From Azolla caroliniana (taxonomy: Eukaryota; Plantae; Polypodiophyta): a stretch of 64,000 nucleotides of DNA. The DNA lies in the NCBI GenBank assembly GCA_043228905.1, contig JBHGNT010000012.1:4836001-4900000 (forward strand), given 5' to 3'. Positions 14,101 through 27,655 of this stretch are shown here, one piece after another. The position numbers were made by a program, and so were the translations under genes. Every line of letters starts with the position of its first letter. Within the stretch, counting starts at the first letter, position 1. The notes under the pieces were generated by a model that saw only the letters and a list, made by a program, of their open reading frames with translations, was not told the DNA's origin and made no database searches.

Positions 14101-15240
14101 TGTTCCACATGCTACTTCGAGGGAATCCAATTTCATCAGAAAGCTATTATATATCTATCTAGATATAGATAGAGATATATTCTAGGTCCAATAATCCTTA
14201 ATTGAATTTTTGGTGTGTTGGATAGTAAAGGAGGAAGGAGTAATAATCTGACTTATTTGTGCACAACTGAAGAAATCCACTCCAGGTAACTAGAAAACCT
14301 GTATTAAAGAAAAAAGAGATTCTCTTGTACGCAAAAGTAATGTACAAAGCATGGTTGTTTTTAAGTACCTAGAAAATATACAGATAAAAATTATGAAAGA
14401 AGAGCAAGGGGGTAAGCATAGAAATCTCTCTTCGAGAGTTAGGCAAGTGGTTGATCACTTGCCAAAATATGAAAAACACTCCATGAGAGCAAATGTATTG
14501 CCACCTAGCACAAAACTTAAAACTACAGAAACGACCAAACTTGAAGATAACACCTAAAGATTAAGCTCCTTCAAATTGGAGCGTGACTCCAACATACAGA
14601 AAGAATATGATAATATCTATAAAACTAATGAGTCACAGGATAACATCTACGATTTTATTCATATGCACATTGACTACGAACTCATAGCACATTAATATCC
14701 TTTGGGCCTGCACATCAAGTTATATGCACGACATGAGTGATTGAGTGGATAAGTGAATGAGAGATGAAATCGGTATAAGAGGTAAATAACTAAAGTTTAC
14801 ACAACCTATCCATCACATTGGAAGTACAACAGGCCTTGCATACTGTGAAGGTCAGCGAGGAAACATTGGAATTAGCTTTCTTCCACAAATGGAAAAGAAA
14901 GAACAAAACATAGCAAAAAGAGACAATACACATGTTCACTGGGACTCACTTTTAATATTGAATTTAGGAAAAATAGGTTTGCAACACACAATCCATACAA
15001 ACAAGAAGAAATAAGATGCTTATCGCTTCCAATGTTTTTTTCACAGCTAGCTTTTTATAATGATATCACAATGGTCTCTCTGAGAGGTTTTATTCTAGTA
15101 CATTTATAAAATTATTTCATATATATTTTTAGTGTGCTTTCCATGAACTTTTGAAATACAATAAGACAAGATTGTATAACCTTTGTGAAACAGCCACAAG
15201 GGACACTCGTCTCCAGTGCTGTTTTTTCTGTCCATCATGC

Positions 15241-15394
15241 AAGTTTTTGGCCATTTGCTTGTTTTCTATTGGCAGAAAGAAAGAATCAAATTCTCAAACT
15301 CTGTTAGACAGAACTTTTTGTAAACTATCAGAAACTATCAGGTGAATTTTGTATTAGACTATCAGAAACTAATATATCATACATCATACATACA

Positions 15395-15425
<31 letters not shown>

Positions 15426-16428
15426 TGTATGTATGTGTACATAATATGATACATATATGGTAAATATAAATTGATACATATATGATATGTCAAACGCGAC
15501 TAATCTAGAACACATAATATTTTTAAATGATAAATATTAAATAAATAACTTTTTCCCTCCCTCTCCCCCTACTTTCATGCAGTTCAATTGTTGCTCTGCT
15601 CTTCTCCTCCATGTACACAACCCTTGCTCTTCTCTTCCCCCACCTCACTGGCAGCTGCTCTACTCTGCTCCAGCGCCATTACTCTACCCTGTCAGGGTAA
15701 ATACCTTTGATCTATTTCTACCCCTCCGCCAAACATGTGTGCATTTATATAATTCATAAATGCAGAATTCTTAGTTATTGCTCATTTCCTTTTTCTGTTT
15801 GCCTTAGCTCTCTTTAGCATTTTCCACTGGTTTCAAGTCTTGATGTTCCCAACACCAAAAAATGGTGTGATTTCTCTCACATGGTAAACAGAAACTTAAA
15901 AAATGCTCCCGGAAAGGCATATAGTTAGTTGACTGTCCCGACAAATAATATGCGTGTCATATAATTTGCTAAACTTTCCTTCACTTATGTCATCATGCAT
16001 AAAAGTCTCCACTTCTTCGAGGATTTCATGCATTGCTTTATCCATAGGTAGAAATTCATAGGGAAGGAGGAAAAAAGTTAGTCTGACGGTGGAGAAAAGA
16101 GAGGAAAAAGGCTAGCATGACAAGGGAGAAGAGGGAGGGTTATTGCTTTTTATTTTATTACAAATATTACACATTCTAGATTGTAGTAGTTTTTAACATA
16201 TTATATATGTATCATATTGTCTGTCTGTCTGTGTGTATCATATACTGATATGTGTATGATGTATGATATATATGTGTGTACATATACAGTGTTACATGTA
16301 TAATAGTTTTTGATAGTTTAATGAGAAATTTGCCTATCCTTTGGCAATCTTAGTATAATTTTCCTATCGACTTTGATGGTTTGATTTCTTTTTTGTTGGT
16401 AAAAAACAAGCAAAATGGCCAAAACCTC
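15241..16428. mobile_element. Non-autonomous foldback / Mutator-like element with long degenerate terminal inverted repeats
   Basis: The left arm (15241-~15580: ttttggccatttgcttgtttt...aatctagaa...ccctccctct...catgc) matches the reverse complement of ~16115-16428 along ~320-340 bp. No convincing TSD was found. Confidence 0.6.
15397..15436. repeat. (TATG)n microsatellite
   Basis: Direct reading; lies within the left arm of the foldback element. Confidence 0.9.
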
Positions 16429-18057
16429 GTTCAATTAGCATTAAGTTCTGATGTATATGGAGGCATCTAATCATAACGTCAAACCATAGAAAATCAGTGT
16501 AAGTTAGGTCCTCCATAGAATCTCTTAAAAGTTATAAGTAAGTGGGCTAAGATATCTCTCAAGGAGGTGGTACTTGGCAACATGGGTCATACTAGATAAG
16601 ATATTTCTCAAAGAGGTGATACTTGGCAATATGAGCCATACTTGCCTTGCTCAACAAAACCTCTTTTGATGTCAACCTCAACATTTAGCTTTAGAGCTAG
16701 TGGAGAGTCGTTTTAGAGTGCTTAAATATGCCGCTCTCAAACTATGCTCAGTGGAAAGTATCTTCTTTAACTCTACATTCAGGTTTTGGTTGCTGAAATA
16801 GGCTTACATTGTTGAGAGCGTTTTTGGGTTGGGCTCTATCTTCTTGTATCCTCTTCAAGTAAATAGCAATAAAGAAATTCCAAAAAGGGTGCAAATCTAT
16901 GGAACCAGGGTGTCAATTTCCTTTATCAAAGAGCACTCTAGCTCCATGACAGTGAAAGAAGTCTTTGTAAGGGCATGTGTCTTTGTTTATACATGATTTC
17001 TCAATGATGAAATTTTAGTTCAATTGGTGGTGTTTTACCCCCCTCTTGAAGTTCCATGGGCAGATCATAGATGGTCTGCGTTGCTTTTGGCCAAAGTACC
17101 TTTCGATACAAGTAAATCGTATAATTTTGAAAGAGATGAAACGTTGTGCTTTCTAGAAAGAAAATTTGGCTATCTATCACGTATACATACGAAGGATTTA
17201 CTTGAGGTTTACTGAGAGGAGAATAATGGGCAAGGTAGATATTGTATCTATTAAGTCTTGGCTTTGTTGATTATTTCCAATTGTTTGTCCCTCCCATCCA
17301 TGGAAGCTTCAAGCATTATATACAACACACTTACTCATGAATATGCATTTCTTTTAGCTAACCAATGATGTTGCTATTGATCAAGCACCTTCTTCATGGT
17401 AAGTGAGAACGGTTTTGTCATGATCTCTCTACTTGCAAAATGCATAAAGGTTTGTAATTCTAGTGAAGATTTTGTTGCTATATAATTTTTCTTCTGATTT
17501 CTCTCATCTTCATCAACGATATAGTTTTACAAAGAACACTTATTTCTTATTTCCTTGCATTTTTTTACAATCTCTTTGTTTACTTCAGAGCATTGAACAC
17601 TGGGTAAAATTATCTTGCTTCATCTCTTTTTGAGGTGGCTGCTCTTGGTGGTATCTGTTTGATGGATTCCTTCCATGAGATTATACGTATCACAGGCTCT
17701 CATTTTGTTTTGAACACTCTATTGTACATACTCGACAGTCTTTTCTTCACTGTCTATTAATCTCTACTGAACTGCAATAATCTATGGAGTACATGTATGA
17801 TAAGGTTGGCTGTGACAAGATGCAAGGGGGCACACAAGGCATCCAGATTATTAAATGCAGATGTCTTTGACATGGGGAATTTCACTCACATAACAGCCAG
17901 CTAGCAAGATTAGAGTCCATCATTCTCAGAGGTTGTATAAAAAAACAAATGGTGTTTCCATTTCCCAATGGATGAGTTGGGATCTCATGTATGAGCAAAA
18001 CGAAGTAGGAAATGATGTGAGGGCATACCTGATCAAGAAATTCACATCCATTATATA

Positions 18058-19002
18058 TTATATATCATGACTTTCGTTTGAAGCAGCCAAGTTGTTGAGG
18101 CGCTGAAGGCTCAAAAATGCAGCTTGGCAACCAAGCCGACCATCTCCATGAGCAACAAGGGAAAGGAAAAGTTGTTGTGTCAAGGCTAAACCAGGAAAAG
18201 ATGATCCCATGGCCTGACCCTCTTTGATAGCTGTGCCAAGGTCCTTGACCATATTCTCTGCAAATCCTCCGGGAGCGAAATCCCTCTCTAATATCTTAGG
18301 ACCATAGACATCCATTATCTTAGAACCAGCAGCACCTCCTGATACAGCTTTAAGAAACAACCCCGGGTTGAGACCCGCTTTCTCGGCATAGAGGATGCCC
18401 TCAGAGAGTCCCGTGCAATTGGCTGCAACTGAGATCTGGTTTGCGAGCTTGCAAGTTTGGCCTGACCCAGCAGGGCCCATGTAAGTGACCTTGCCCATAC
18501 ATCTGAAAAGAGGATTGAGCTTCTGGACAGCCTCTTCATCGCCACCGGCGAAGAATGAGAGGGTGGCATGGCGAGCACCGACATCACCTCCGGAAACAGG
18601 GGCGTCAACGCAAGCCACGCCTTTGGAGAGGCCGAGGTCGTAGAGCTCGCGGGCTAGGGAGGGCTCGCTGCTGGTGCAATCCACGATGAAGGAGCCGGGC
18701 TTGAGAGCGGACAAGACGCCCGAGGGGCCGAGGAGCACCTGGCGGACATCGGCGGCCGAGGTGAGCATGGTGAACACTACATCGCTGCGCTGGGCGAGGG
18801 CGAGCGGGGAATCAACTAGGGTGGCTCCCAGGTCACCCAGGGGCTGAGCTTTGCCGGGGGTACGGTTGTAGACTGTGACTGAGAGTGGGGGTAGTAGGCC
18901 AGGGGCCTGCTGGAGGAGGAGGTGGGAGCACATGGGTAGGCCCATGAGACCAGTGCCAATCCAGCCCACCTTCAAGATACCAGGAGCAGCAGCCATGATC
19001 AT
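18058..19002 (-). CDS. Intronless 3-hydroxyisobutyrate dehydrogenase-like / 6-phosphogluconate dehydrogenase-family NAD-binding protein
   Basis: Intact ORF with the Rossmann motif GWIGTGLMG, YNRT, DAPVSGGDVGA and the catalytic-Lys motif GSGQTCKLANQ. Candidate ATGs at 19002 and 18996 (the ORF-track start at 19005 is TTG). Confidence 0.93.
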   Translation of the reverse strand: MIMAAAPGILKVGWIGTGLMGLPMCSHLLLQQAPGLLPPLSVTVYNRTPGKAQPLGDLGATLVDSPLALAQRSDVVFTMLTSAADVRQVLLGPSGVLSALKPGSFIVDCTSSEPSLARELYDLGLSKGVACVDAPVSGGDVGARHATLSFFAGGDEEAVQKLNPLFRCMGKVTYMGPAGSGQTCKLANQISVAANCTGLSEGILYAEKAGLNPGLFLKAVSGGAAGSKIMDVYGPKILERDFAPGGFAENMVKDLGTAIKEGQAMGSSFPGLALTQQLFLSLVAHGDGRLGCQAAFLSLQRLNNLAASNESHDI

Positions 19003-19107
19003 CAACAGAACCTACCTACTTCCCTCCCTCCCTCCTTCCTTCCTTCCTTCCTTCCTTCCTCTGCCTCTCTGCCTCTCCTCTTCCTCTGTCTCTGCCTCCA
19101 GAATTTG

Positions 19108-19364
19108 TAGGAATAGGTAACGGTTCAGGTTCAGCTTTACCGGTTAAGCTTAAATCGGTTTGGAACCTGTTCCCAAACCAGTTTAGTCAAGCCGATTAAG
19201 CCTTAAACGGCTTGTCCCAATTCGGTTCGGTTCGTCTTGAGCCATCCCTATCCGAGCTCAAACCGGTTAAGGAAGATCAAGCCTAAACGAGCCGAGAAAC
19301 CATTTCAAAACAATGTAGCGGTTCACTTCAGGCTCGAGCCGAGTTGAGCTGTTGCAGTTTCCTA
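19108..19364. mobile_element. hAT-like MITE (TAGG...CCTA ends, AAACCG/CGGTT-rich)
   Basis: Ends taggaataggtaac / gttgcagtttccta. Internal block cttgagccatccc.a.ccgagctcaaaccg.ttaaggaag is shared with 25280-25522. No TSD seen. Confidence 0.6.
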
Positions 19365-19689
19365 TCCATAAGCATATATGTACAACATATGTACATATAA
19401 ATAGGATGAAGCCCAATGGATTGCATCAACCACTGATGGGCACCCCCCGGATGGCCGTAGGATGGGATGGGTGGATGCATTTGGCTGTATTGACCACTAG
19501 GATTATGTTCAATTCGAACACCTCTAACGAACCAAAATGTCCAAGAGAAACTTTTTGACCACAATGAGATGCAATTTTGTGCAGGGGGTGGTAACACACA
19601 AGGGATGCCAATAGTTTAAACATCCATGAATATATATGTGCTTGACTCTGGATTTGTTGTGTGTTGTGTGTTGTGTGTTGTGTGTGCAT

Positions 19690-20115
19690 TTTTCGCAACA
19701 ATAAACTTACTAAATGTAGTAAATCCACTACCATGCCTCTTGTGGTTGTGGGCAGTTCAATAATGAAATCCATAGAGATATTCTACCGACTTTGCATTGA
19801 GCATTAGCAATTATTGCAACAAATTGATTACCTCAAAAGATGTGGACATTGTTCAATCATCCCAATAATTATTGTGCATGACTCACTAGGACGCTCATGG
19901 AGGATGTGCCACCTGAAACAAAGTCCATGGCAAGACACTCTCTTTGTTCTCACTTTGCATTGAGAATTTGCAATGGTCATAAGTTGTAACAAATTGCTTG
20001 CCTCGAGACATGTGGAAATTGTTTCACGCATCCAAATATTTCTTTCACTCTAACTATTGTGATGCTCGTGGAGGATGTGCCACTTGAAACAAAAGTCCAT
20101 AGGGAGACTCTCTTT
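19690..20115 (-). mobile_element. Degenerate Gypsy integrase fragment
   Basis: Reads ...ISMDFIIELPTTTRG..MVVD..., the typical integrase core start. Includes a ~55-bp internal direct repeat (~19893 and ~20064). Confidence 0.55.
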
Positions 20116-21499
20116 GTAGCACAATATAAAGGAAGAATGAAGATTTAGGCATAATTCTTACAATTTATTTTTATTTTTTTGGGGGGGGGGGGGGGACAAT
20201 GGGATCCCGTCATCTTTATACTTACGTACCACAATATCCTATCTATGCATATCGCACTAGTGTCACCCACAATGCCCAACTAAACCACCAAATTAGTTAA
20301 AATTTAGGGATTCCTAGCCCTCGATACTCACACATGTATCTTCCATTCATTCACATGAATTTCTCTAGGATGTAACATTTATTGTCCCTACACTAAAAGA
20401 ATGGTGAATCATCATAGATAAAATACATGAAACTCCATAGCATCATCTAGATATGCATTCCATAGCACCATGTAAATATTTTATTCCATAGCATCATGTC
20501 GGCTTGTCTTCTACCAACTCCATGAATTTTAATACCAAGTTTCCATTTTCCCCCATTAGCTTGAAGATAATATGCAATAGAGGAACAATTTTTTATCTAC
20601 AATTTTTGGAATAAGACGACATAGTCAGCTAGTCATATGCAAATCCAACTCTCTTTTTCTGATACAAATGACATTCTCAATGCCTCACTGCCTACTTACA
20701 TTAGTTTAGGGGGTCCTTTCATAACTTTTCTACATTTTTGAAACACAGCAACCATATGGACCCTAAAACACTCTCCTTATGAAGCAAAGTAGTGTCTGAT
20801 AATTTCAATCAGTTGTCTTAACATACAAACTGAGCACCAACAAAGACATTACAAAATATGCAAGCCAAAGTTGGACTATCTTGGAACACTTATTTTACCT
20901 TGCTTCAAGATCAAGAATAGCAAGAAATTTTAATATTACTAGATTGAATAATTTCATATGCATGACAATTCTGATTCTATGAGAGATAACGTGTATTACA
21001 AAAGACCAGGTTAACCAAGGTAAAGCATAGCAAAGAATGGCATCATGTACCCAAGAATTACTCTTATACAAAACCTAAGAATGGCATCATGAGCCCAACT
21101 GAAGGCTCCTCTCAATGGGAGAAATGGCATTTTCTCTACTTCTTCCTCCATGACATGAGTGAAGACCACACTTTGATCGATTAAATGAAATGATAATCAG
21201 CATTACAACATGTGAAAGTTGGAGCACCATTGTGAAAGCACAGGACTAGAGAACAATGACCACACAAAGGGAAAACATTGCACGAATCAACCGACCCATA
21301 CAGGTGCAATATCAGAAGAAAAAGACACTAACAAGTTACATCATTGCAAGACTGAACCGAATTGTAAATTTTGATCTAACATAGCTGGGTCTGTGTGTGG
21401 AGCAAACACGAAGCATGCATCATAGAAAATAATAGTCTATTGCCGAGTTGGCAAGAATAATCCCAGAAAAACTTTCATTCCACTGTTTCGAGGTTCTTA

Positions 21500-24327
21500 C
21501 TAGCCTCTCCACATATTGAAAGAGCTGACCTTGTTAGGAGTGGCCACCACAAGGGGTGCTTCATCTGGAGATGAATCCACAGTAAATTTTTCATGCATGA
21601 ATTTGCTGTCCACCACTGAAACCTCACGGAGAACCACCTTGTAGCAATAGCAACACTTGAACCCTTTTGCATTCCGATAGCACTCATGAAACTCATCTCC
21701 CTCTTTTACCCTCTGGAAATTCCAGATCACACTGAATTTCCCAGCAGTTGCCACGAGATGCCGCTCATGTTTCCCACTTTCTGTCACCTGTTTCACAATT
21801 CATATGAAACAAAATGCACAAAAACAATAAGTTACATGTTCAGTGACAACATGAAAGAATATTGCCTTTGTATGTCCATCAAATTTTAATAACAAAGAGA
21901 ATGTATAAATATAATGATAGAAGGGTTATTTCAAAACGCTTATGTTTTATATTAGAGGGCCATGGGCGCAAACATAAAACTATGGATCTGATATTATGTT
22001 TCATAGTTAAAGATCATAGTTTAAACAACATTTTCCCCCTTACACAGCATTTGCTAATTCATTTCTTAGTAGTCACCTATCTACCACTTTTCTCCCAAGA
22101 ATTTTGCTTTCAGAATTCACTTTCCACAAGCTTAGATAGAAAATGATAGAATTATCATTTGTAAGGAAATTTTAAAAAAAATGATTTGGAGATATCTTAC
22201 AAAGATAGAGAGAGAAAATAGTTTTTCCATACCAAATGAACATGCATCAACCATTGGTACTGTCAAAAAGTGTGGGAAATAGCATAAAAAGGTGTTCATG
22301 ATTAAGAGAAATGAAAGATTTCTTAAACCCAAATCACAAGATGTTGCAGTAAACACTGTTATTCCTACAAATATTGTAGATGTAGAGAGGTACACAAAAA
22401 TCAAATAGTAACTGGATTAAAGAAAATGTCACCCACCCTTACAAGAAAGAAAAAAAAAGACTCAAATAAAAGAGACAAATGCATGGCAAACATGGCTTTA
22501 TTGCCTACAAAAGAACTGAAAATACAAGCCTATGCATTCATTTGTCATTCCTACAAAAGATTCACATGACTCCACTATCACTTCTATTATCGTTTCTACA
22601 AAGGAACTAACACAGAATAAGATTTAGCACCATGTTAATTCTAAACACACAGGGAAATTTTAAATGAAAAGTGAACCAGAAGATGGACTCACCCAAGAGA
22701 ATTGACCATTCCGTAGCTTACTATCAGGTCCAGCTAGATGAGTATCAAGAGGAGTGAGCTTAAGAAGTCTGGGAGGAGCAAACTTGTTGCCACCTCTCCC
22801 AGAAAACCCTGTCTTCGTCTTCCCATCTTTATCCTTAAACATCGTACTAATAAGGATGAGGTAGCTATCAGTGGTAGCAAGAACCCATTTGCCATCAAAG
22901 GTTACATCAATATGAGTGATCGGTGAGCCTAAACCAGGGAAAGCAGTCTTAGCCATCCTCATGGAGCTATTGCCATACAATCGAACTTTCCCATCTTTGG
23001 AACCAACAGCAACAAATCCATCGCCTGTAGTCGCGAAACACTGGAAATTTGTGCCCCGTGTGAACTGATGCCCATCAGTCCAGTTCAAGACAGGGCTAGA
23101 GATGTCTTGAACAATGCCATGCCGATCTCTCATGTCCCATCGGCACAACCTGTTGTCATCGAGGCCCAGGAAAGTAGAACCAGACACATCAAGCTGTGCA
23201 CCTTTGCTCTCGTTGGTCATGTCAAGCATCGTGATGGGGGTGCCATCCTTCTCGAATTTCCACTCGGCCACAACTTTGCCTGTCGGAAGGTCAAGCTGAT
23301 GGACACCAGAGGAATGCAGCTTATCTGCCGCAGGGCTTAACAGCATCATATTCATCTCTCCCCTCATTAGCATTGCTTTCTTTGGAGTTGAATTTGAATC
23401 AATCCCTGACATTGTCTTCTCATACTTCACAGTCGTTCCTTTGCCACGTACTCCTGATGCCATATTCTTTACTGCTTCAATACCATTATCACTCACCAAG
23501 AAACTATGGTCTAAAGCTCCCATCACTAAACTTTGAATACCTCCCGAGCTTGTCTCATTAAAGGCCTCTTTCAGATCCTTCTTCCCTAAACCAGGGTCTT
23601 TCTCAAATACCCCATCTTCTGCATCTTCCCAAACAGACTCGTCTGCCTTGTGATCAGGGTTTGCCCAATCCATGAAATCCTTCCCAAACACTTTCATCTT
23701 GTTCTCTTCGGTTGCTTCCAGAAGGTAAGTGTTCTCGAAAGTGCAGTTAAGAAATTCGGCGACAAAGTCCTTGTAGTCTTCTAAGGTGAAGAATTTGAGG
23801 GCCCACACACCTTTGTGAACGAAATCCGCACGAAGCTGCTCATCGAAGTACTTCATCTGAAGGTGAGAACCCACACGAGCTTTCACGTTCTGTCCGATCT
23901 GAAGGTTCCAAGATCGGAAACCACCATCGCTGTCAGAGAAATCGTCTTCGTCTTCGTCTTCATCATCATCTGAGTCATCTGCGGATTCGCGATCTCTGAC
24001 AAATTTCCATCTGACGAGCTTTTCGGAGACGATCCACTGTGCTTTAGGAGTGTTACCACCAACATGGCGATAAAGCTTGGCGGTCTGCTTGGCGGCAGCT
24101 GTAGCGACAGCAGGGGTGCGAGAGCCGTTGAGTGAGAGGGAGCTGAGGCTAAGATCTGCCAGGAGCGATGGCGATGGCGAAGCAATCTGTGCAACGGAGG
24201 GGGAATAAAAGGAAGCGGAGGAGGGGGAGGTTTCAGAGAGCTTGGTGGGGGTAGAGGGGTTGGAGGATGAGTCATCTTCGCTGTCTGAGACGGATAAGGT
24301 CCCTTCTCTGCTGTTGGAAGCTCCCAT
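21500..24327 (-). CDS. DEM1: VID27 / CYPRO4 / DEM1-like protein, 2 exons, ~640 aa
   Basis: Exon 1 is 24327-22693 (ends ...GQFSW|gtgag). Exon 2 is 21787-21500 (aaacag|[16 protein letters not shown]...). Motifs [40 protein letters not shown] and [10 protein letters not shown]. The N-terminus MGASNS is a myristoylation-type sequence. Confidence 0.92.
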
Positions 24328-24455
24328 GGAGGGTTATGGTGAGGAGGAAGCTTTGTGGGCAGGTATGCAGGCAGGCAGTAGAGACAGAGAGATATGGAAT
24401 CAGAAGTTATGTCGATCAATGGACGGATGGATGGATGGATGGATAGAATCAAACA

Positions 24456-24456
<1 letters not shown>

Positions 24457-24494
<38 letters not shown>
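24457..24494. repeat. (AC)n microsatellite upstream of the DEM1-like start codon; a (TACA)n run follows at ~24732-24773
   Basis: Direct reading. Confidence 0.9.
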
Positions 24495-24498
<4 letters not shown>

Positions 24499-24698
24499 CG
24501 AAAGAGATACGCAGGCAGAGATGAGAAGATACTCAGAGAAATACACAGAGAAATGCTCAGGCAGGATCCGCAGAGAGAGAGAGAGAGAACTGAAGGGAAG
24601 GGGGGGGGGCAGTTGAAGCGGGAAAACAAGCTTTCAAATTTTGAAAATTGTGTGTGTGTGAGGAAAGGGGAAAAAAAAACAGACAACAGTAAGCAGAA

Positions 24699-24707
24699 TT
24701 AGGGTTT
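24699..24707 (-). promoter_or_regulatory. Telo-box AAACCCTAA upstream of the DEM1-like gene
   Basis: Exact motif ~370 bp upstream of the ATG; function inferred only. Confidence 0.4.
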
Positions 24708-25279
24708 CCAGTTCCACATGACACAAAGAAAATACATACATACATACATACATACATACATACATACATACATGCATATAGAAGTTAGTTAGGTAGTTAT
24801 AACTTATTTCCATCCATGATGTCCTTATCTCTCTCTATGTCCATTGTCCATCCATGTCCATGTCCATGCAACAGCAGGATATGGGTTGGAGTGCTGCACC
24901 CCAGATGGTGAAAGTCCAGTAGCCGGACGTACGGCTGGCTCACGCTCCAACCCGAGTACCATGGGGCACGCGAAATCCCGTGTGAATCAGCAAGGGACGA
25001 CAAAAGGGCCCACCCCTTATTCTTCCAAAGAAAAACAACGAATAGATTTTTCTTATGAATGGGATTTTCTATTCCACCCCCTAAGCTCCATGATTTGCGC
25101 ATTGATAAGAAAATAGGGGTCTCTAACCATTAATGTACATACATATATGTTTCTTGATCCATTCACCCATCATCCATGCTTCTCAATGTATCCATCCGAT
25201 ACACCCTGAAACTACTTCGCCCGCTCTCTCTCCTGCTCTCTAGAGACTTACTCCCCCAACCATTGGGTGGGAGTTTCCA

Positions 25280-25522
25280 AACTTGAACCCAACCAGTTCC
25301 TAAACCGTTTAAGGCGAACCAGTTTGGCCTAACCCGTTAAGCATAAACCTGTTTAGCCAAGCCGGTCAAATCGGTACAGTTCAACTTGAGCCATCCCAAA
25401 CCGAGCTCAAACCGATTAAGGAAGCTTAAGCCTAAACCCAACCGAACTGAATCGTCAAACCATTTAAAAACGGTTGAACGGTTCGTTCAAGCTTCAGCCA
25501 AGCAAGCTGTTGTCGATTCCTA
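25280..25522. mobile_element. Second copy of the hAT-like MITE family seen at 19108
   Basis: Shares the internal block and the 3' end gctgttg...ttccta; the left boundary is uncertain. Confidence 0.55.
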
Positions 25523-27655
25523 ACCGGGTTGTGGAGCAAATGCCAACAAACGATGACTACTCTCATGCTCGTCATCAGCTTTCAATCGTGACTTGTACCT
25601 TACATAATCCTCCTCCCCCCCCTCCCAACCACTTCTTTGAGAAAACAATAGGTGCTTATTATAGAGAGTTCCCTGAAAGAAACTACATGTTATATGATAG
25701 CCACTCTGCCTAATTGTGGATACATGAACTATAATGATATATGATGAGTGAATCAACATTTCATCGTTATTGGACATTGACAACAACCTACCGACATGAC
25801 AACCTTATATTTATATCTGCATTTGAGGTTGACATCAAATGCTACGAGGACATTGCCATCTTGTCAACTCGTTTCATTTGGACCACCCCATAACATGGTC
25901 ATTGTAATGAGTGGTTCCTCGTTCTCGATCTCGAGTTCGTACATCGAGGCCCTCCACTCTCCCCTTGCCTACTGAAATGATATTTCTTTCATCAGGGTTG
26001 GATCAAACAAACTGGATGCTCCATGACAAGCAAGCCTCGCAACATGAACATGGTTGGAAGAATTGGTGCATGTATATGTCAATCAATGACAAGTAATGGT
26101 GTCGTGAGCAATGCATGACAATAGCTTAAATTCACCCTTCAAGAACGCGATCCACCATGTGTCCTCTTTACAACGTATCACCCCAATCATGGTGGATCGT
26201 CACTAAGATGACACAATTCGTTCCAGGCATAAAAACTTGCAATAAATAGTCAAGAGACATGGGATATGGTTATGTGTGTGAAATATTTAGCCTATGAAGA
26301 CTAAACAAATCTTCGAGCAAATGCACTCCTTCGTATACATCAGGTGGTACGTGCATAATTGTAAAACATAACTCTTTAACCTTAGGGCTACGTGCAAGCT
26401 AATTCATAAGGGGGGAAGGGTGTTAGACCACCCCATTGTGAAGGTGAGAGGCAATTTTGAATCCTCCATCAACGTCCCATGTTGTTGAGTTCAAATGTGG
26501 ATTGTGCCCTGGGTTTGAAGAAGAAGGATGAACACATGTACGAAGCTAGAGCTTTGCCATACGATAAAAGTCTCTCTCCCAAATAATAAAAATGATCCCC
26601 TTCACGAAGGTAGCTAGCCTTCTTATAGAGGCTCAAACCCTAGGCCCTTGTATAACGGGGGTTACAACTATGTATTTAGTAAAAATTCATTGTGTGGAAA
26701 ATAATGCATGCACATATGTGTTGTCTCATATTGGTGGAGATTTGAGTATGACATTCAGATTATAGTGACCATCGAACAAGCCATCCTACTTCTAGATCCA
26801 ATCAACATTATAAATTATAATACTTAATCTCTAGATCAATCACACAAGTAGAGAATACAACCCTATGAGACAACATAGCGGTAGTGATCAAAATCGACGG
26901 ATACCATTTGCAATGCAACCTTCCAATTTTGTCATTTTCACACATTGCCACTTCATCCTTGATGATCCCAGGTTTTATAGCATCACCCGAGAACTCCCAT
27001 AAATTGGCCACTTTCCATTTTGTAAATCATTTTAGAATTTCAAGCACCCAACAAGGTAAGAAGATTTTGCAGTCATTAGTTTTTTATACCTTGCATCTAA
27101 TGTTCCAAGTACGTTTTGGCAATTTGTGGTTGGGCATATCCTTGTCTTTTGTGATATCCTATGTACACTCAACTTTGCATGGCCAACATCTCTATAAGCT
27201 CAACACATTGTTTCTAATAGCAAACGAATCTAGGGAATTGAGGATTTAACTCTTAGCTATTAAACACGAGAAACAAATATTGAATTCTCACCGTGTCATT
27301 GCATGCACTACTAAGTGAGAGACCGCCACTCCACACTTCCACTCGGTAAAACAAAATGCTTGGGACTATCACGACACAGAAAATGACATGCTACAAGGGG
27401 AGACAAAAATAGATATAAATTTTGACCATACACATGAAAGACCAATTAACAATTGATGATGAGAGATACCAATGATGATTATACGAGATTTGTTTAGCAC
27501 GTCCACGTCCACCTGTCCTTGTTCACATGTTCATGTCCCTAATCTTGTTCTTGTCCACATCCATGTCCCTAACCTTGTTCTTGTCCAAATCCACCTTGCT
27601 TGTCGATATCCTCGTCCCAGACCCTGTCCCCGTTCGTATTCATGTCCCTAATTTG

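Noticed and set aside
11550-14900. Scattered exon-like or protein-like segments (e.g. ~11560-11700 +, ~12760-12830 -, ~13240-13330 -, ~13500-13950 -) and ORF 13388-13810
   Set aside because: I could not assemble a consistent spliced frame or recognise a family, and several segments contain stops. A BLASTX or RNA-seq check is needed; unsupported as is.
16640-17790. Possible old LINE 3' remnant on the plus strand
   Set aside because: Trp-rich fragments are suggestive, but there is no diagnostic motif or boundary.
23883-24769. Long alternative ORFs overlapping the DEM1-like 5' end (e.g. 267 aa, CVCVCV / HTHTHT)
   Set aside because: Artefacts of microsatellites and shadow frames of the real gene.
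25765-27260. PPT-like aagggggaaggg followed by tgttag at ~26408-26426 and nearby ORFs
   Set aside because: Probably decayed TE sequence, but no LTR end, TSD or protein motif could be established.
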